Part shown: in pieces, positions 28,597 through 39,817 of the stretch
Layout: each line of letters starts with the position of its first letter
Numbering within the stretch: the first letter of the stretch is position 1
Assembly: GCA_023245335.1 (NCBI GenBank)
Contig: JAHFKK010000001.1
Coordinates: 299,282-363,281 of the forward strand
Reading direction: 5' to 3'
Origin: Candidatus Gottesmanbacteria bacterium
Lineage (GTDB): Bacteria > Patescibacteriota > Microgenomatia > UBA10105 > UBA927
Length of the DNA: 64,000 nucleotides
Translations under genes and position numbers: made by a program
The notes under the pieces: model-generated
Database searches by the model: none
Told to the model about the DNA's origin: nothing
What the model saw: the letters and a program-made list of their open reading frames with translations, nothing else

Positions 28597-30204
28597 ATGG
28601 ATCCAAAAGACCCGTCTGTTCCAGCTCCTCCGGTTCCTTCCGAGGGAGGGGTAGGGATAGCTCAATCAGTATTTGAGGCGCCTCCTTCGGTTCCGCCTGA
28701 ACCTTCACACGAACCTCTGATGATGGAGGATACCGTTGTAGTTCCGCCGGGCGGAGGAAATACGTCAGGTAGTGGAGAAGTGACACAGGCTTCCCAGCAA
28801 CAAAACCCTTTTATTCCGGACATCGCGATGCCGCAGGTAGCCGGGAGCCCGCCGGCCAATAGCGGAAATCCCCTGATGCGCAGAATCCTTCTCATCGGCA
28901 TTCCCGTCCTAGTGATTATCGTGATTATTGCAATTGTCCGGATGCTTCTTCCGGGCAGTAATGGTAGTGGCGGTAGCGGTACCGGCCCGTCGAAAAAAGT
29001 GACCATAAACTATTGGGGATTGTGGGAGAATGACGCTGTTACCCGGCAGTTCCTCTCGGATTTTGAGGCGAAATACCCGAATATCACCGTACAATATACC
29101 CAACAGTCGCCGAAACAATACCGTGAACGGTTGCAATCCGCGATTAATCGCGGTGAGGGGCCGGACGTATTCCGGTTTCATAATACGTGGATTCCTATGT
29201 TACGGATGCAGCTAGCGACAGTGCCGCCAAGCGTCATGTCGGTATCGGATTTTAACAGCGCGTTTTTTCCGATCGCAAGCAGTAATCTGGTTGCGGGGAC
29301 GAGTATTTTCGGCATCCCGCTCATGATTGACGGATTGGGCCTCTATGTAAACGATGATCTATTCGCGACAGCAGGAGTCACGCCGCCTACCACGTGGACG
29401 GATGTCGCTGACATCGTTCCGAAGCTCACCGTGAAAAACGGTACGGCGATTGTCACCTCGGCTATAGCTTTGGGTACTGCCACAAATGTCGAACACTTTA
29501 GCGATATATTAGGATTACTCTTTTTCCAAAACGGCGCAGACCTCGCGGCCTTGACCGGTAAGGATGCGGAGCAGACGCTGACCTTTTACCGGCAATTCAG
29601 TGATCCGACTAACCCGTTGTATACATGGAGCGATGGCATGGACAATTCGGTGTCCGCATTTGCTTCCGGCAGAGTTGCCATGATTCTGGCGCCGTCGTGG
29701 CGGGCTCACGAGATCGCGCAGATAAGTCCCAAACTGCGGTTTCATATCGCCCCGGTCCCGCAACTCCAGGGGAACTCCGTCGCATGGGCGTCGTATTGGG
29801 TAGAGGGGGTATCGAGTAAAAGTACCAACCAGGATGCGGCCTGGATATTCGTCAAATATCTCACCAGTAAAGATGGTGCGAGTAGGCTATATACCGAAGA
29901 GTCAAAAACCCGGTTGTTTGGAGAACCGTATGCACGGGTGGATCTCGCGAACACCATACTCAATGATCCCTATACCGGCGCGTATGTCAAACAGGCGGGA
30001 TTCGCGCGTTCATTCCCGATCGCTTCCCGTACCTATGACAATGGGATTAATGACCGGCTCATCCAATATCTCACTGATGCGGTGAACAGTATGGCAACCG
30101 GTGCGGCTCCGTCACAGGTTTTGCAGACCGCCTCAGCAGGATTCCGGCAAGTACTGTCGTCATACGGCTTTGTGACCGGTTCAGCAGTGACTCCTACCCC
30201 GTAA
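28597..30204 (+). CDS. Extracellular solute-binding protein (sugar ABC family 1), TM-anchored with Pro-rich N-terminus
   Basis: YWGLWE, GPDVF, GIPL.IDGLGLY.N.DLF, PPTTW, FASGRVAM. Confidence 0.88.
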   Translation: MDPKDPSVPAPPVPSEGGVGIAQSVFEAPPSVPPEPSHEPLMMEDTVVVPPGGGNTSGSGEVTQASQQQNPFIPDIAMPQVAGSPPANSGNPLMRRILLIGIPVLVIIVIIAIVRMLLPGSNGSGGSGTGPSKKVTINYWGLWENDAVTRQFLSDFEAKYPNITVQYTQQSPKQYRERLQSAINRGEGPDVFRFHNTWIPMLRMQLATVPPSVMSVSDFNSAFFPIASSNLVAGTSIFGIPLMIDGLGLYVNDDLFATAGVTPPTTWTDVADIVPKLTVKNGTAIVTSAIALGTATNVEHFSDILGLLFFQNGADLAALTGKDAEQTLTFYRQFSDPTNPLYTWSDGMDNSVSAFASGRVAMILAPSWRAHEIAQISPKLRFHIAPVPQLQGNSVAWASYWVEGVSSKSTNQDAAWIFVKYLTSKDGASRLYTEESKTRLFGEPYARVDLANTILNDPYTGAYVKQAGFARSFPIASRTYDNGINDRLIQYLTDAVNSMATGAAPSQVLQTASAGFRQVLSSYGFVTGSAVTPTP

Positions 30205-30211
30205 GATAGGC

Positions 30212-31114
30212 ATGATGCAATCCGTACACCAACAACTCATCGCAACGATCGCGTATGCAGATGTTTTTGATTATCCTTTAACGGATGAGGAAACCCGCCG
30301 ATGGATGATCTCACTCACAACTTCAAAGATCGCTACCCGTATACCGGGTATTGACCGGATTCGGGAGGGGAGTAAGACGTATCACCTGTTACACGGGAGA
30401 AAAGATATTCTTTCTCTACGGGCGAATCGTCACCGCATTGCTCAGGATAAATGGCGGTTTGTGCGCTCGGTCACGCGGTCGCTGCAATGGATTCCCACGG
30501 TTGAGCTCATCGGAGTGACCGGTGGCTTGTCGGTTGATAATGCCAAGTCGGAAGATGACATTGATCTTTTTTTCATCGCCCATCGGGGGACATTGTGGAT
30601 GACACGATTACTAGTGACAATAGCCTCGGAAATTATGGGAATCCGTAGACGTCCAGGGGATCACGCCGTCGCTGATAAAATATGTCTCAATATGTTTATG
30701 GCAGAAGATGCACTCGGACTGGCACCGGGAGACCGGGATCTATTCTCCGCCCATGAAGTGCTGCAGATGGTGCCGATTTGGGAACGGGAAGGGAGCTACA
30801 GACGATTCCTACAAGCGAATGAATGGGTGAAGTGGTTTCTGCCGAACGCATGGCGGGATAATGTGAAGCATCGGGAGAGTCGAGTAAGGAGGAGCAGCGT
30901 GTCTGTATTTTTTCTCATGCTCCTTGGGTTATGTGAGCCGCTCGCCCGTGAACTGCAGTTACGGTATATGCGAAGGCGCCGTACGGCAGAGGTAATTACT
31001 CCGGGCGTTCTGCGGTTTCACCCCAAAGACGCACGTGTCTGGATCAAGAAAAAGTATCGTGCCAGACTCCGGCGATATAATATCCCCCTTGACAATGTTT
31101 TTTATCACCGATAA
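30212..31114 (+). CDS. Pol-beta-superfamily nucleotidyltransferase-like protein
   Basis: GVTGG-x-DDIDLF catalytic-like motif; FDYPLT N-terminus; DKICLN. Confidence 0.65.
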   Translation: MMQSVHQQLIATIAYADVFDYPLTDEETRRWMISLTTSKIATRIPGIDRIREGSKTYHLLHGRKDILSLRANRHRIAQDKWRFVRSVTRSLQWIPTVELIGVTGGLSVDNAKSEDDIDLFFIAHRGTLWMTRLLVTIASEIMGIRRRPGDHAVADKICLNMFMAEDALGLAPGDRDLFSAHEVLQMVPIWEREGSYRRFLQANEWVKWFLPNAWRDNVKHRESRVRRSSVSVFFLMLLGLCEPLARELQLRYMRRRRTAEVITPGVLRFHPKDARVWIKKKYRARLRRYNIPLDNVFYHR

Positions 31115-31142
31115 AATAGCACTCACTTCGAAAGACTGCTAG
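31089..31142 (+). promoter_or_regulatory. groESL promoter with CIRCE (HrcA operator)
   Basis: TTGACA 31089-94, 17 bp, TAAAAT 31112-17; ATAGCACTC-N9-GACTGCTAG at 31116-31142 versus consensus TTAGCACTC-N9-GAGTGCTAA. Confidence 0.85.
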
Positions 31143-31198
31143 TATTACTTTCTGTATCAATAGTAGTCATATATAAAAATTTATTAAGGAGGTTCTTT

Positions 31199-31495
31199 AT
31201 GGCAAAGCAAAAGATTGTGCCGTTATTTGATAATGTCCTCGTGAAGCCCCTTGAGGCAGAAACAAAACTTCCCTCAGGATTAGTACTCCCTGATACCGCC
31301 AAAGAAAAACCCCAGATCGGAGAAGTCATGGCTGTCGGTCCTGGTGGGACAGACGACAAAGGAAACGTCGTCAAGGTGGTCGTGAAGGTCGGACAGAAGG
31401 TGATGTACAAAAAATGGGGAGGCAATGAAGTAAAAGTAGAAGGTGCTGAATGGACGATCGTCGAACAAAAAGACATATTAGCAATTGTTGAATAA
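31199..31495 (+). CDS. groES: Co-chaperonin GroES
   Basis: PLFDNVLV, SGLVLPDTAKEKPQ.GEVMAVGPG, DILA. Confidence 0.98.
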   Translation: MAKQKIVPLFDNVLVKPLEAETKLPSGLVLPDTAKEKPQIGEVMAVGPGGTDDKGNVVKVVVKVGQKVMYKKWGGNEVKVEGAEWTIVEQKDILAIVE

Positions 31496-31500
31496 TATAA

Positions 31501-33168
<1,668 letters not shown>

Positions 33169-33179
33169 GCGCGAAGTGA

Positions 33180-33209
33180 AACCCCTCGGAGCTTTAGCGA
33201 AGTGGGGTT
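33180..33209 (-). repeat. Short palindromic repeat (same family as the pduO insert)
   Basis: Reverse complement reads AACCCCACTTCGCTAAAGCTCCGAGGGGTT. Confidence 0.65.
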
Positions 33210-33232
33210 AATCATAAATAAATTAACTATTA

Positions 33233-33265
33233 ACCAAAAGGTCCCGCGAAAGCGGGACTTTTGGT
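33233..33265 (+). terminator. Rho-independent terminator of groESL
   Basis: GTCCCGC-GAAA-GCGGGAC-TTTT, flanked by ACCAAAAG/TTTTGGT. Confidence 0.85.
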
Positions 33266-33288
33266 ATATATGCTATACTTCACATGCT

Positions 33289-33495
33289 ATGACAGTGGCT
33301 AAATGGAAAAAACTTTCACAAAAATACCCAAATAAATGGGTCGCTCTCAATGAAAAGACAGGGCAGGTTGTTGGTGTGGGGAAAACGCCGAAAACCGCGT
33401 ACGAGCAATCACAAAAGAAAGGGATTTCCGTCCCGCTTATTACGAAGGTGCCGAAGGAATATGGCTCTTACATCCTTACTACGGTTGGCATATAA
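33289..33495 (+). CDS. DUF5678-like small protein
   Basis: KY.NKWVAL....VVG.G.T...A pattern; overlaps the downstream protease gene. Confidence 0.7.
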   Translation: MTVAKWKKLSQKYPNKWVALNEKTGQVVGVGKTPKTAYEQSQKKGISVPLITKVPKEYGSYILTTVGI

Positions 33496-33904
33496 GACGT
33501 TTCCCGCTTCACCCATTGAGCCATTTCCCAATAGAAGTACGGTATCCAGGCCAGTTATTGATGTGCTATTACGTTGGAACGGAAAATCTATTAAATACAG
33601 TGCCATCGTTGATTCCGGAGCGGATTATTGTGTTTTCCATGCGGAAGTGGGTGAGCTTCTTGGTTTGTCAGTTAAAAAAGGCAAGAAGCTCACGTTTTAC
33701 GGCACGAGTGGTTCACCTCAAAACGCCTATTTCCATACAATACAGATAGAAATTGCGGGTTGGCCAATGGATCTCTACTGCGGGTTTAGTTATGATATGC
33801 AGACACTGCCGTATGGGTTGCTCGGGCAAACAGGATTTTTTGATCGGTTTAAGGTTGAATTTGACTATCATAATAAACGGCTTGAACTTAAACCAAAACG
33901 ATAA
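33461..33904 (+). CDS. Retropepsin-like (clan AA) aspartyl protease
   Basis: AIVDSGAD catalytic motif and GLLGQTGFF second motif. Confidence 0.8.
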   Translation: MALTSLLRLAYKTFPASPIEPFPNRSTVSRPVIDVLLRWNGKSIKYSAIVDSGADYCVFHAEVGELLGLSVKKGKKLTFYGTSGSPQNAYFHTIQIEIAGWPMDLYCGFSYDMQTLPYGLLGQTGFFDRFKVEFDYHNKRLELKPKR

Positions 33905-33959
33905 ATACATCACAGTAATTCCTTCTGAGTATATAGAAAAGTTAAAGGGCTTGAATTGC

Positions 33960-35144
33960 ATGAAGATTGACTCAAAAATTATCCGTATTATCGGGACGTT
34001 TATAATTATTGAATTCTGTTTGCAGCTCGTTACTTTCGGCCGATATGCCTGGGGTCAATATTCACAGAAACAGGCAGAGAACGATATCGTTGCCCGCACG
34101 TGGGCACTCCGGGATCCCACATTTCGGGCGGTATTTAACGAAGAGTCAAACGTTTGGGAAGAGTATTACCCTTTCGTCGGCTGGCGGACGCGGGAGATGC
34201 ACACGCCGCACATAAACGTCAGCGCGGACGGGATTCGTACAACCGTTGGTAATTCTGCGACAGTAGCCGGCTTGCCGACCATCTACTTTTTGGGAGGATC
34301 CGCGATGTGGGGGGAGGGGCTTACGGATGACACGACGATTCCGTCGCTTGTCGTAAAGCAACTTAACTCGCAATCCCCGGCTGCAGCGGTCTTTAATTAC
34401 GGAGAGATCGGGTATGTCAGCACACAGGAGGTTCTCCGTCTCGCACTGCTTCTCAAGTCCGGCAAACGGCCGGATCACGTGATTTTCTACGACGGATGCA
34501 ATGATTTTTTCGTTTCCGCTCTGGATTCGCGCGTGCACGAGACGTATCGCGACGACCGCATGAAGTCAGTACTGGGAAACATTTGGGCGCTGCCGGATGA
34601 TAGCGAGACGGTGCGTACTCACGACAACACAACGATATTCAGTACCGGGTTTTGGCAGCAGGTATTTTCTGCGGCTATAAAATATATACAGATTATCCGC
34701 TATCCTATGGAGATCTATAACACGCTACATCATGATGCAATTTCAGCGAAGCCGCAGGGATCAGTCAGTGATGCCGGGAAAACAGAGGCGATAGCAAACA
34801 ATTATGTAGAAAATATCCGATTAGTAGACGCGCTGTCACAAACCTATCATTTCGATTATCTTTTATTTTGGCAGCCCACGGTATATTCCTATGATCTGAC
34901 GCCGGAGGAGCGCAACTTGCCGGGCATTCATCCTGACCGATATACACAATTTTCTCGAATGTATCATGACGCGGCACAAATAATCGGACAGAAACTCGGC
35001 GGTAAATTCATAGACCTTTCCCGTATATACGAAGGGACGAAAGGTCCGATATTTACCGATTCCTGTCACGTGACGGTTGAGGGAAACAGGACGGTAAGTG
35101 AGAGAATCGCAAAGGAATTACAGTCAGCATGGGGATTCAGATAA
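33960..35144 (+). CDS. SGNH/GDSL hydrolase-family protein, membrane-anchored
   Basis: FLGGSAMWG (block I), NYG, YDGCND (III), FTDSCH (V); N-terminal TM; start set to ATG 33960. Confidence 0.85.
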   Translation: MKIDSKIIRIIGTFIIIEFCLQLVTFGRYAWGQYSQKQAENDIVARTWALRDPTFRAVFNEESNVWEEYYPFVGWRTREMHTPHINVSADGIRTTVGNSATVAGLPTIYFLGGSAMWGEGLTDDTTIPSLVVKQLNSQSPAAAVFNYGEIGYVSTQEVLRLALLLKSGKRPDHVIFYDGCNDFFVSALDSRVHETYRDDRMKSVLGNIWALPDDSETVRTHDNTTIFSTGFWQQVFSAAIKYIQIIRYPMEIYNTLHHDAISAKPQGSVSDAGKTEAIANNYVENIRLVDALSQTYHFDYLLFWQPTVYSYDLTPEERNLPGIHPDRYTQFSRMYHDAAQIIGQKLGGKFIDLSRIYEGTKGPIFTDSCHVTVEGNRTVSERIAKELQSAWGFR

Positions 35145-35163
35145 GTTTGTTATACTAGCTCAT

Positions 35164-35796
35164 ATGCCGGATGATCATGTCAAAAAAACGATTGCCGCGT
35201 ATGATGAAATCGCAGAAGAGTATATAGCGAAAATTCAGAAATACGCACCAAAGATGGAGCGGGAACGGTTCGCTTCTATGGTAAAGCCGGGAGGGAAAAT
35301 ATTAGATGCCGGGTGCGGTTCGGGTCGGGATTCGTGGTATCTCTCGGAACGTGGATTTACTGTTGTCGGGATAGATTTGTCCGACAGATTGCTGGACTAT
35401 GCAGATAGATATACAACCGCTTCCTGTTCGTTCCAAAAAATGGATTTACGGAAGATAAGCTTTACAGACGGAAGTTTTGACGGTATTTGGGCTTGTGCGT
35501 CTCTCCTGCACCTCACGCGGGAAGAGATTGTGCCGGTAATAAAAAGACTGTATGAAGTGCTTGTTTCCGGCGGAGTATTATTTCTTCTCATGAAAGAGGG
35601 GAAAGGCGAAAAATACCTTACCAACGAGAAATTCCGCGGCGACACCCGTTTTTTTACCTGGTATACGCAGGATGAGATCCGTTCACTTCTTGGGACTGTC
35701 GAATTTTCCGTATTGGATATGTTTACGTGGGATCAGAAAAACCGCAATGCCGAACGCCCGCATGAGATATGGATTTCTACGTTTGCTAAGAAATAA
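35164..35796 (+). CDS. Class I SAM-dependent methyltransferase
   Basis: ILDAGCGSGRD, GIDLS, FDGIWACASLLH. Confidence 0.92.
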   Translation: MPDDHVKKTIAAYDEIAEEYIAKIQKYAPKMERERFASMVKPGGKILDAGCGSGRDSWYLSERGFTVVGIDLSDRLLDYADRYTTASCSFQKMDLRKISFTDGSFDGIWACASLLHLTREEIVPVIKRLYEVLVSGGVLFLLMKEGKGEKYLTNEKFRGDTRFFTWYTQDEIRSLLGTVEFSVLDMFTWDQKNRNAERPHEIWISTFAKK

Positions 35797-35837
35797 TTTA
35801 TCAATGTGTTAACACGTTAACATATTTGGAGAATAGT

Positions 35838-36728
35838 ATGAGAACAACATTTGAACTCGTAGAAGCAGTTACAAAAGATAAATTAGTGCATCAGGGCATT
35901 TTTACTCACCCGGAAAAAGCGGGAAAACGGGCTATCCTTTGGGTGCATGGGTTAACCGGCAGATTTTTCGGCGATGCGAAGCTCATGAATCTTTTTGCCG
36001 CTGAATGTGCCAAACAAGGCATGGCGTTTGCGGCATTCAACAATCGCGGGCATGACATCATCGCAAATATTCATACGCTGAAACAATCGGGAAGCACGGA
36101 GGACAGCGTGATGATCGGCGCCGGCATGGAAGTATTTGAGGGGAGCGTTTTTGACGTTGATGCCGGTATATCGTTTCTCGTGTCGCAGGGATATTCTGAA
36201 GTCGTCCTTGTCGGCCACAGTACGGGTGCCAATAAAGTCTGTTATTACGCAGGGAATACCGATGACCCGCGGATAGTCGGGGTTGCTCTCGCCGGCCCGA
36301 TATCAGATAGGCTCTCGGAACGCACGGATAAGGAAAAGTACGATGAGAACATCAAAATGTTGAAAGACCTTATCAATACCGGAAGGGGAGACGCACTGCT
36401 TGCCAAGACGCATTGGTTCCCGATTACCGCGAAAAGGGCGTGGAGTTTACTCGCACCGAACACCAAGGAAGACGTCTTTAACTATGGGGATGAAAAAGAC
36501 GTGCTGACGGTATTTAAAAAAATTACCATTCCGGTGCTCGTTACCCTTTCGGGGAATGATGAAGCCGCCGACCGGCCGATGGAAACAATCAAAGAGACGT
36601 TTGATACACATACCGGATCCAAGGATTACAAAAGCGTCATCATTCCCGATACGACCCACGGATATGAGGGGAAAGAAAAAGAATTTGTTCGCGCGGTGAC
36701 AGGTTGGGCGGCGTCGCTTGTATCATGA
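35838..36728 (+). CDS. Alpha/beta hydrolase (DUF1749-like)
   Basis: VHGL, GHSTG nucleophile elbow, G.D, C-terminal H. Confidence 0.85.
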   Translation: MRTTFELVEAVTKDKLVHQGIFTHPEKAGKRAILWVHGLTGRFFGDAKLMNLFAAECAKQGMAFAAFNNRGHDIIANIHTLKQSGSTEDSVMIGAGMEVFEGSVFDVDAGISFLVSQGYSEVVLVGHSTGANKVCYYAGNTDDPRIVGVALAGPISDRLSERTDKEKYDENIKMLKDLINTGRGDALLAKTHWFPITAKRAWSLLAPNTKEDVFNYGDEKDVLTVFKKITIPVLVTLSGNDEAADRPMETIKETFDTHTGSKDYKSVIIPDTTHGYEGKEKEFVRAVTGWAASLVS

Positions 36729-37513
36729 AATATCAAACTATCAAACTAGCTATTCCCAACGGCTGCGGGTTGAAGCTTGCGACAGAAATTTATAAACCCG
36801 AAAAAGACGGGAGACTCCCCGCAGTAATGCTTTTTCATGGTTTTACCGGATACAAAGAGACGGCAGATTTTGTCGATATTGCAGACAAACTCGCCCGAAA
36901 GGGAATCGTTTCAATTCGGTTTACCGCATCGGGATTCGGGGACAGCGAGGGGACGCTGGAACAGGATTATCGGTTCAGTAATCACCGGAAGGATGCGGAA
37001 GCGGTTTACGAGTACGTGCGGAAACTTCCGTACGTTGATACATCCCGCCTCGGCGTACATGGTCACAGCATGGGTGGGAAACTGGCGGTATTGTTTGCCC
37101 GGGATCATCAGAACGTAAAGGTTTTAGTTGTAGTTTCCGCACCGGTTACTATGACCGCCACGTCCTACGGGAGTCACCTAGAGGAGTGGAAATCAACAGG
37201 ATATTTCCGTAAGGTGAGCGGCAGAGATGGGAAAGAGTTGCATGTGCCGTATGCGTATTTTGTTGATGTTGAAGGGCCGGAAAACGATGTACTCATCGCA
37301 GCTGCACAAGTTACGCATCCTCAATCATTGGTTATGGCGGGGGACGCGGATACCGAAGTGCCATGGCAAGAGACGCATAAAATCTATGAAGCGCTCACGT
37401 GCAGAAAGATTTGGAAGCTCGTCAAGGGCATTCCACATATCTATGGGAAATATTTGGAGTCTAGGAATACGGTAAATACTCTCATTATGGACTTTTGTAT
37501 GACCAACCTATGA
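36725..37513 (+). CDS. Alpha/beta hydrolase
   Basis: FHGFTG, G.GDSEG, GHSMGG, GDADTEV, H. Confidence 0.9.
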   Translation: MKYQTIKLAIPNGCGLKLATEIYKPEKDGRLPAVMLFHGFTGYKETADFVDIADKLARKGIVSIRFTASGFGDSEGTLEQDYRFSNHRKDAEAVYEYVRKLPYVDTSRLGVHGHSMGGKLAVLFARDHQNVKVLVVVSAPVTMTATSYGSHLEEWKSTGYFRKVSGRDGKELHVPYAYFVDVEGPENDVLIAAAQVTHPQSLVMAGDADTEVPWQETHKIYEALTCRKIWKLVKGIPHIYGKYLESRNTVNTLIMDFCMTNL

Positions 37514-37758
37514 CAATCTCGATTAGAAATATTTTCCCTGACACCGCAGAGCGTTGCATAGAAATCCAAAAAAATGACGGTTTTCGACATGCATACTTTC
37601 TTACAAAAGAACGGATTGAAAAACTCTACAAAAACGGCGAGAAGTTTTATGGCGTCTTTGATGATAAGCATTACTTGATTGGATTTGCCTCGATTAATGT
37701 CGATCTCGTACGGTTACGCATTCATTTTTTCTCTGTATCCTTAATTACTGTTTCTTAA
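37510..37758 (+). pseudogene. Probable truncated GNAT acetyltransferase fragment
   Basis: LIGFASI...LRIHFFSV resembles GNAT beta3-beta4, but the ORF stops inside the convergent M23 gene end before any R/QxxGxG motif. Confidence 0.45.
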
Positions 37759-38359
37759 GCTCCGGTAGCACTTCCAGAGGATTGGTGGCTGTGCCGTTGA
37801 TATGGATCTCCAGATGCAAATGATTGCCGGTCGCCCAGCCGGTAGCACCGACTTCACCAAGCTCCGTGTTCTTTGTCACTTTTTGTCCTTCTTTGACGTT
37901 TATTTTGGAAAGATGGGCATACAATGACTCCAACTGGTCATTGTGTTTGACGATGACATGTTGGCCATAGCCCATGAGGATGGTGCCGGCATAGATGACC
38001 GTGCCGTCGGCAATCGGGTGGATGGCTGTACCTACCGGGTCGGTTAAGTCCATCCCGGGGTGGCCGCCGGAGAATTCCTGGGAAATGCCGAAGGTCGCGA
38101 GCGGCCAGCGGAAACGCGAATCAGATACGCCCGCGTTTACGATAATTTTTGGAGTATCGAAGTAGAGTTCTGTGGAGGCAAAGCCAGCCATTGTCTGCGG
38201 GACGACAAACGCACCGAAAAAGGCTAGGCCTATAAGCGGAATACCGATGAGTTCCTGCAGATGACGTTTTTCGATATGCAGGCGAATCCAGCGGCTTAAG
38301 CGGTTGCTGCCGTAATACGGAGTCGTGATCCAGTGAAGAAACTGTTGTATTTGTTTCAT
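37745..38359 (-). CDS. M23 family metallopeptidase
   Basis: HPGMD, YAHL, TG.ATGNHLHLE; N-terminal TM; start set to ATG 38359. Confidence 0.92.
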   Translation of the reverse strand: MKQIQQFLHWITTPYYGSNRLSRWIRLHIEKRHLQELIGIPLIGLAFFGAFVVPQTMAGFASTELYFDTPKIIVNAGVSDSRFRWPLATFGISQEFSGGHPGMDLTDPVGTAIHPIADGTVIYAGTILMGYGQHVIVKHNDQLESLYAHLSKINVKEGQKVTKNTELGEVGATGWATGNHLHLEIHINGTATNPLEVLPELKKQ

Positions 38360-38474
38360 ATATGTTTTCGGTACGATCCCACGTCGCGTAAAGCTTCGTG
38401 GGAGTAAACAAAAACCACTCCCGAAAGAGTGGTTTAGTACCCGGTAGTATAGCAAGAAATCGTAGGTAAGTCAA
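38360..38474 (-). promoter_or_regulatory. Promoter and structured 5' leader of the M23 gene (includes a palindromic repeat at 38377-38403)
   Basis: TTGACT (38474-69), 17 bp, TATACT (38451-46); UUCG hairpin 38435-38412 with U-rich tail; repeat TCCCACGTCGCGTAAAGCTTCGTGGGA. Confidence 0.6.
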
Positions 38475-38536
38475 ATCACTATAGGATAAGATCGTTGCCT
38501 ACAGCTTGAAAGGTGTGATATTATCGAACTCAATCT

Positions 38537-39430
38537 ATGAAGCGCAAAGTGGTATTTTTCACTGTTATCATCCTCATTATTCTTGCTATCGCTGGGACGA
38601 TTAAGCTCATTTCATCCCGGACTCCCAAAGAAGGTGAATTACGGGTAGAAAGCAGCCCTTCAGTAAGTGTGTTTTTGGATAACAAACACCTCGGGAGAAG
38701 CCCGTATCGGGAGAAGGTGCAGGCAGGAGAATACACCCTCCGTCTGGTTCCGGAAAGTACGACCGGAAACATCGCGCCCTGGCAGGGGAAGATTTCCGTG
38801 GGAGCAAATTTACTTACCTTCGTCAACGCGGTTCTTTCGGAGTCAGAACTTTCTTCGGCCGTTGACGTACTGTGGCTCGAGAAAAGCATAGCCAGTAAGC
38901 CGGAGCTTTCGGTCATCACTAATCCGGACGGCGCTTCCGTCGTTGTCGATGACATAACGAAAGGCATCACCCCGTTGACGCTCCAGGATCTGCCGGAAGG
39001 AGATCATTCACTGACCGTTACGTCCCCGGGATTTTTGACACGGACCATGAAGATTAAATTGACGGTCGGATACAAGCTTATTGCGTCCCTGAAGCTCGCG
39101 CTTTCTGCAACTGGGGCGTCAGACGTGACCGCCTCGCCTTCCGCGACGACGTCAATTACGCCCACTCCGACACTCAAATCCGGAACCAAAACTGCTACAT
39201 CGTCTGCTACAACCCAAACACCGCAAAAACCGTATGTCGTGATCAAGGATACGCCGACCGGATTCCTGCGCGTACGCATGGACCCGTCGACGACCGCGAC
39301 AGAAGCGGGACGTGTGAACCCCGGAGATAAATTCCACGTATTTGATGAACAGACCGGGTGGTTCCAGATTTCCTATGACGGGACCAACAAAGGTTGGGTT
39401 TCGGGTACCTACGCCACAGAAACGAAGTAA
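38537..39430 (+). CDS. PEGA-domain and SH3b-domain membrane-anchored protein
   Basis: Two PEGA-like units (L.V.S.P..SV..D), Thr-rich linker, LRVR..P...GW.QI...GWVS SH3b. Confidence 0.85.
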   Translation: MKRKVVFFTVIILIILAIAGTIKLISSRTPKEGELRVESSPSVSVFLDNKHLGRSPYREKVQAGEYTLRLVPESTTGNIAPWQGKISVGANLLTFVNAVLSESELSSAVDVLWLEKSIASKPELSVITNPDGASVVVDDITKGITPLTLQDLPEGDHSLTVTSPGFLTRTMKIKLTVGYKLIASLKLALSATGASDVTASPSATTSITPTPTLKSGTKTATSSATTQTPQKPYVVIKDTPTGFLRVRMDPSTTATEAGRVNPGDKFHVFDEQTGWFQISYDGTNKGWVSGTYATETK

Positions 39431-39440
39431 TTATATTGGT

Positions 39441-39815
39441 ATGAATACCAATCAAATTCACCGTTGGATGGATGCATTCGGTTTAGCTTGGAGCAGTAAA
39501 GACGTTGATGTTGTGATGGGCCTGTTTGATAAGGATAATATCGAGTACTTTGAATCGGTATTCAACCCGCCGTTAACGGATTGGGCTGCGGTTAAAAAGC
39601 TTTGGGCTGTCGTACCTGCAAATCAGAAAGACATTACCTTCTCATACGACATAGTCTTGAGTTCTAAGGCCTCCTGTGTGATACATTGGAATGTTTCCCG
39701 AGTCTTACTACCCGCCAATGAAAAACAACTGGTAGATGGGATATTTCTGATTAGACTAAATAATAAGGGACTTTGTACGTTTTTCAAACAGTGGAGAGCA
39801 GTAAAAGCAGGATAA
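39441..39815 (+). CDS. SnoaL/NTF2-like protein
   Basis: AWSSKD...LF, DGIFLI.L...G.C..F.QW. Confidence 0.75.
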   Translation: MNTNQIHRWMDAFGLAWSSKDVDVVMGLFDKDNIEYFESVFNPPLTDWAAVKKLWAVVPANQKDITFSYDIVLSSKASCVIHWNVSRVLLPANEKQLVDGIFLIRLNNKGLCTFFKQWRAVKAG

Positions 39816-39817
39816 TA

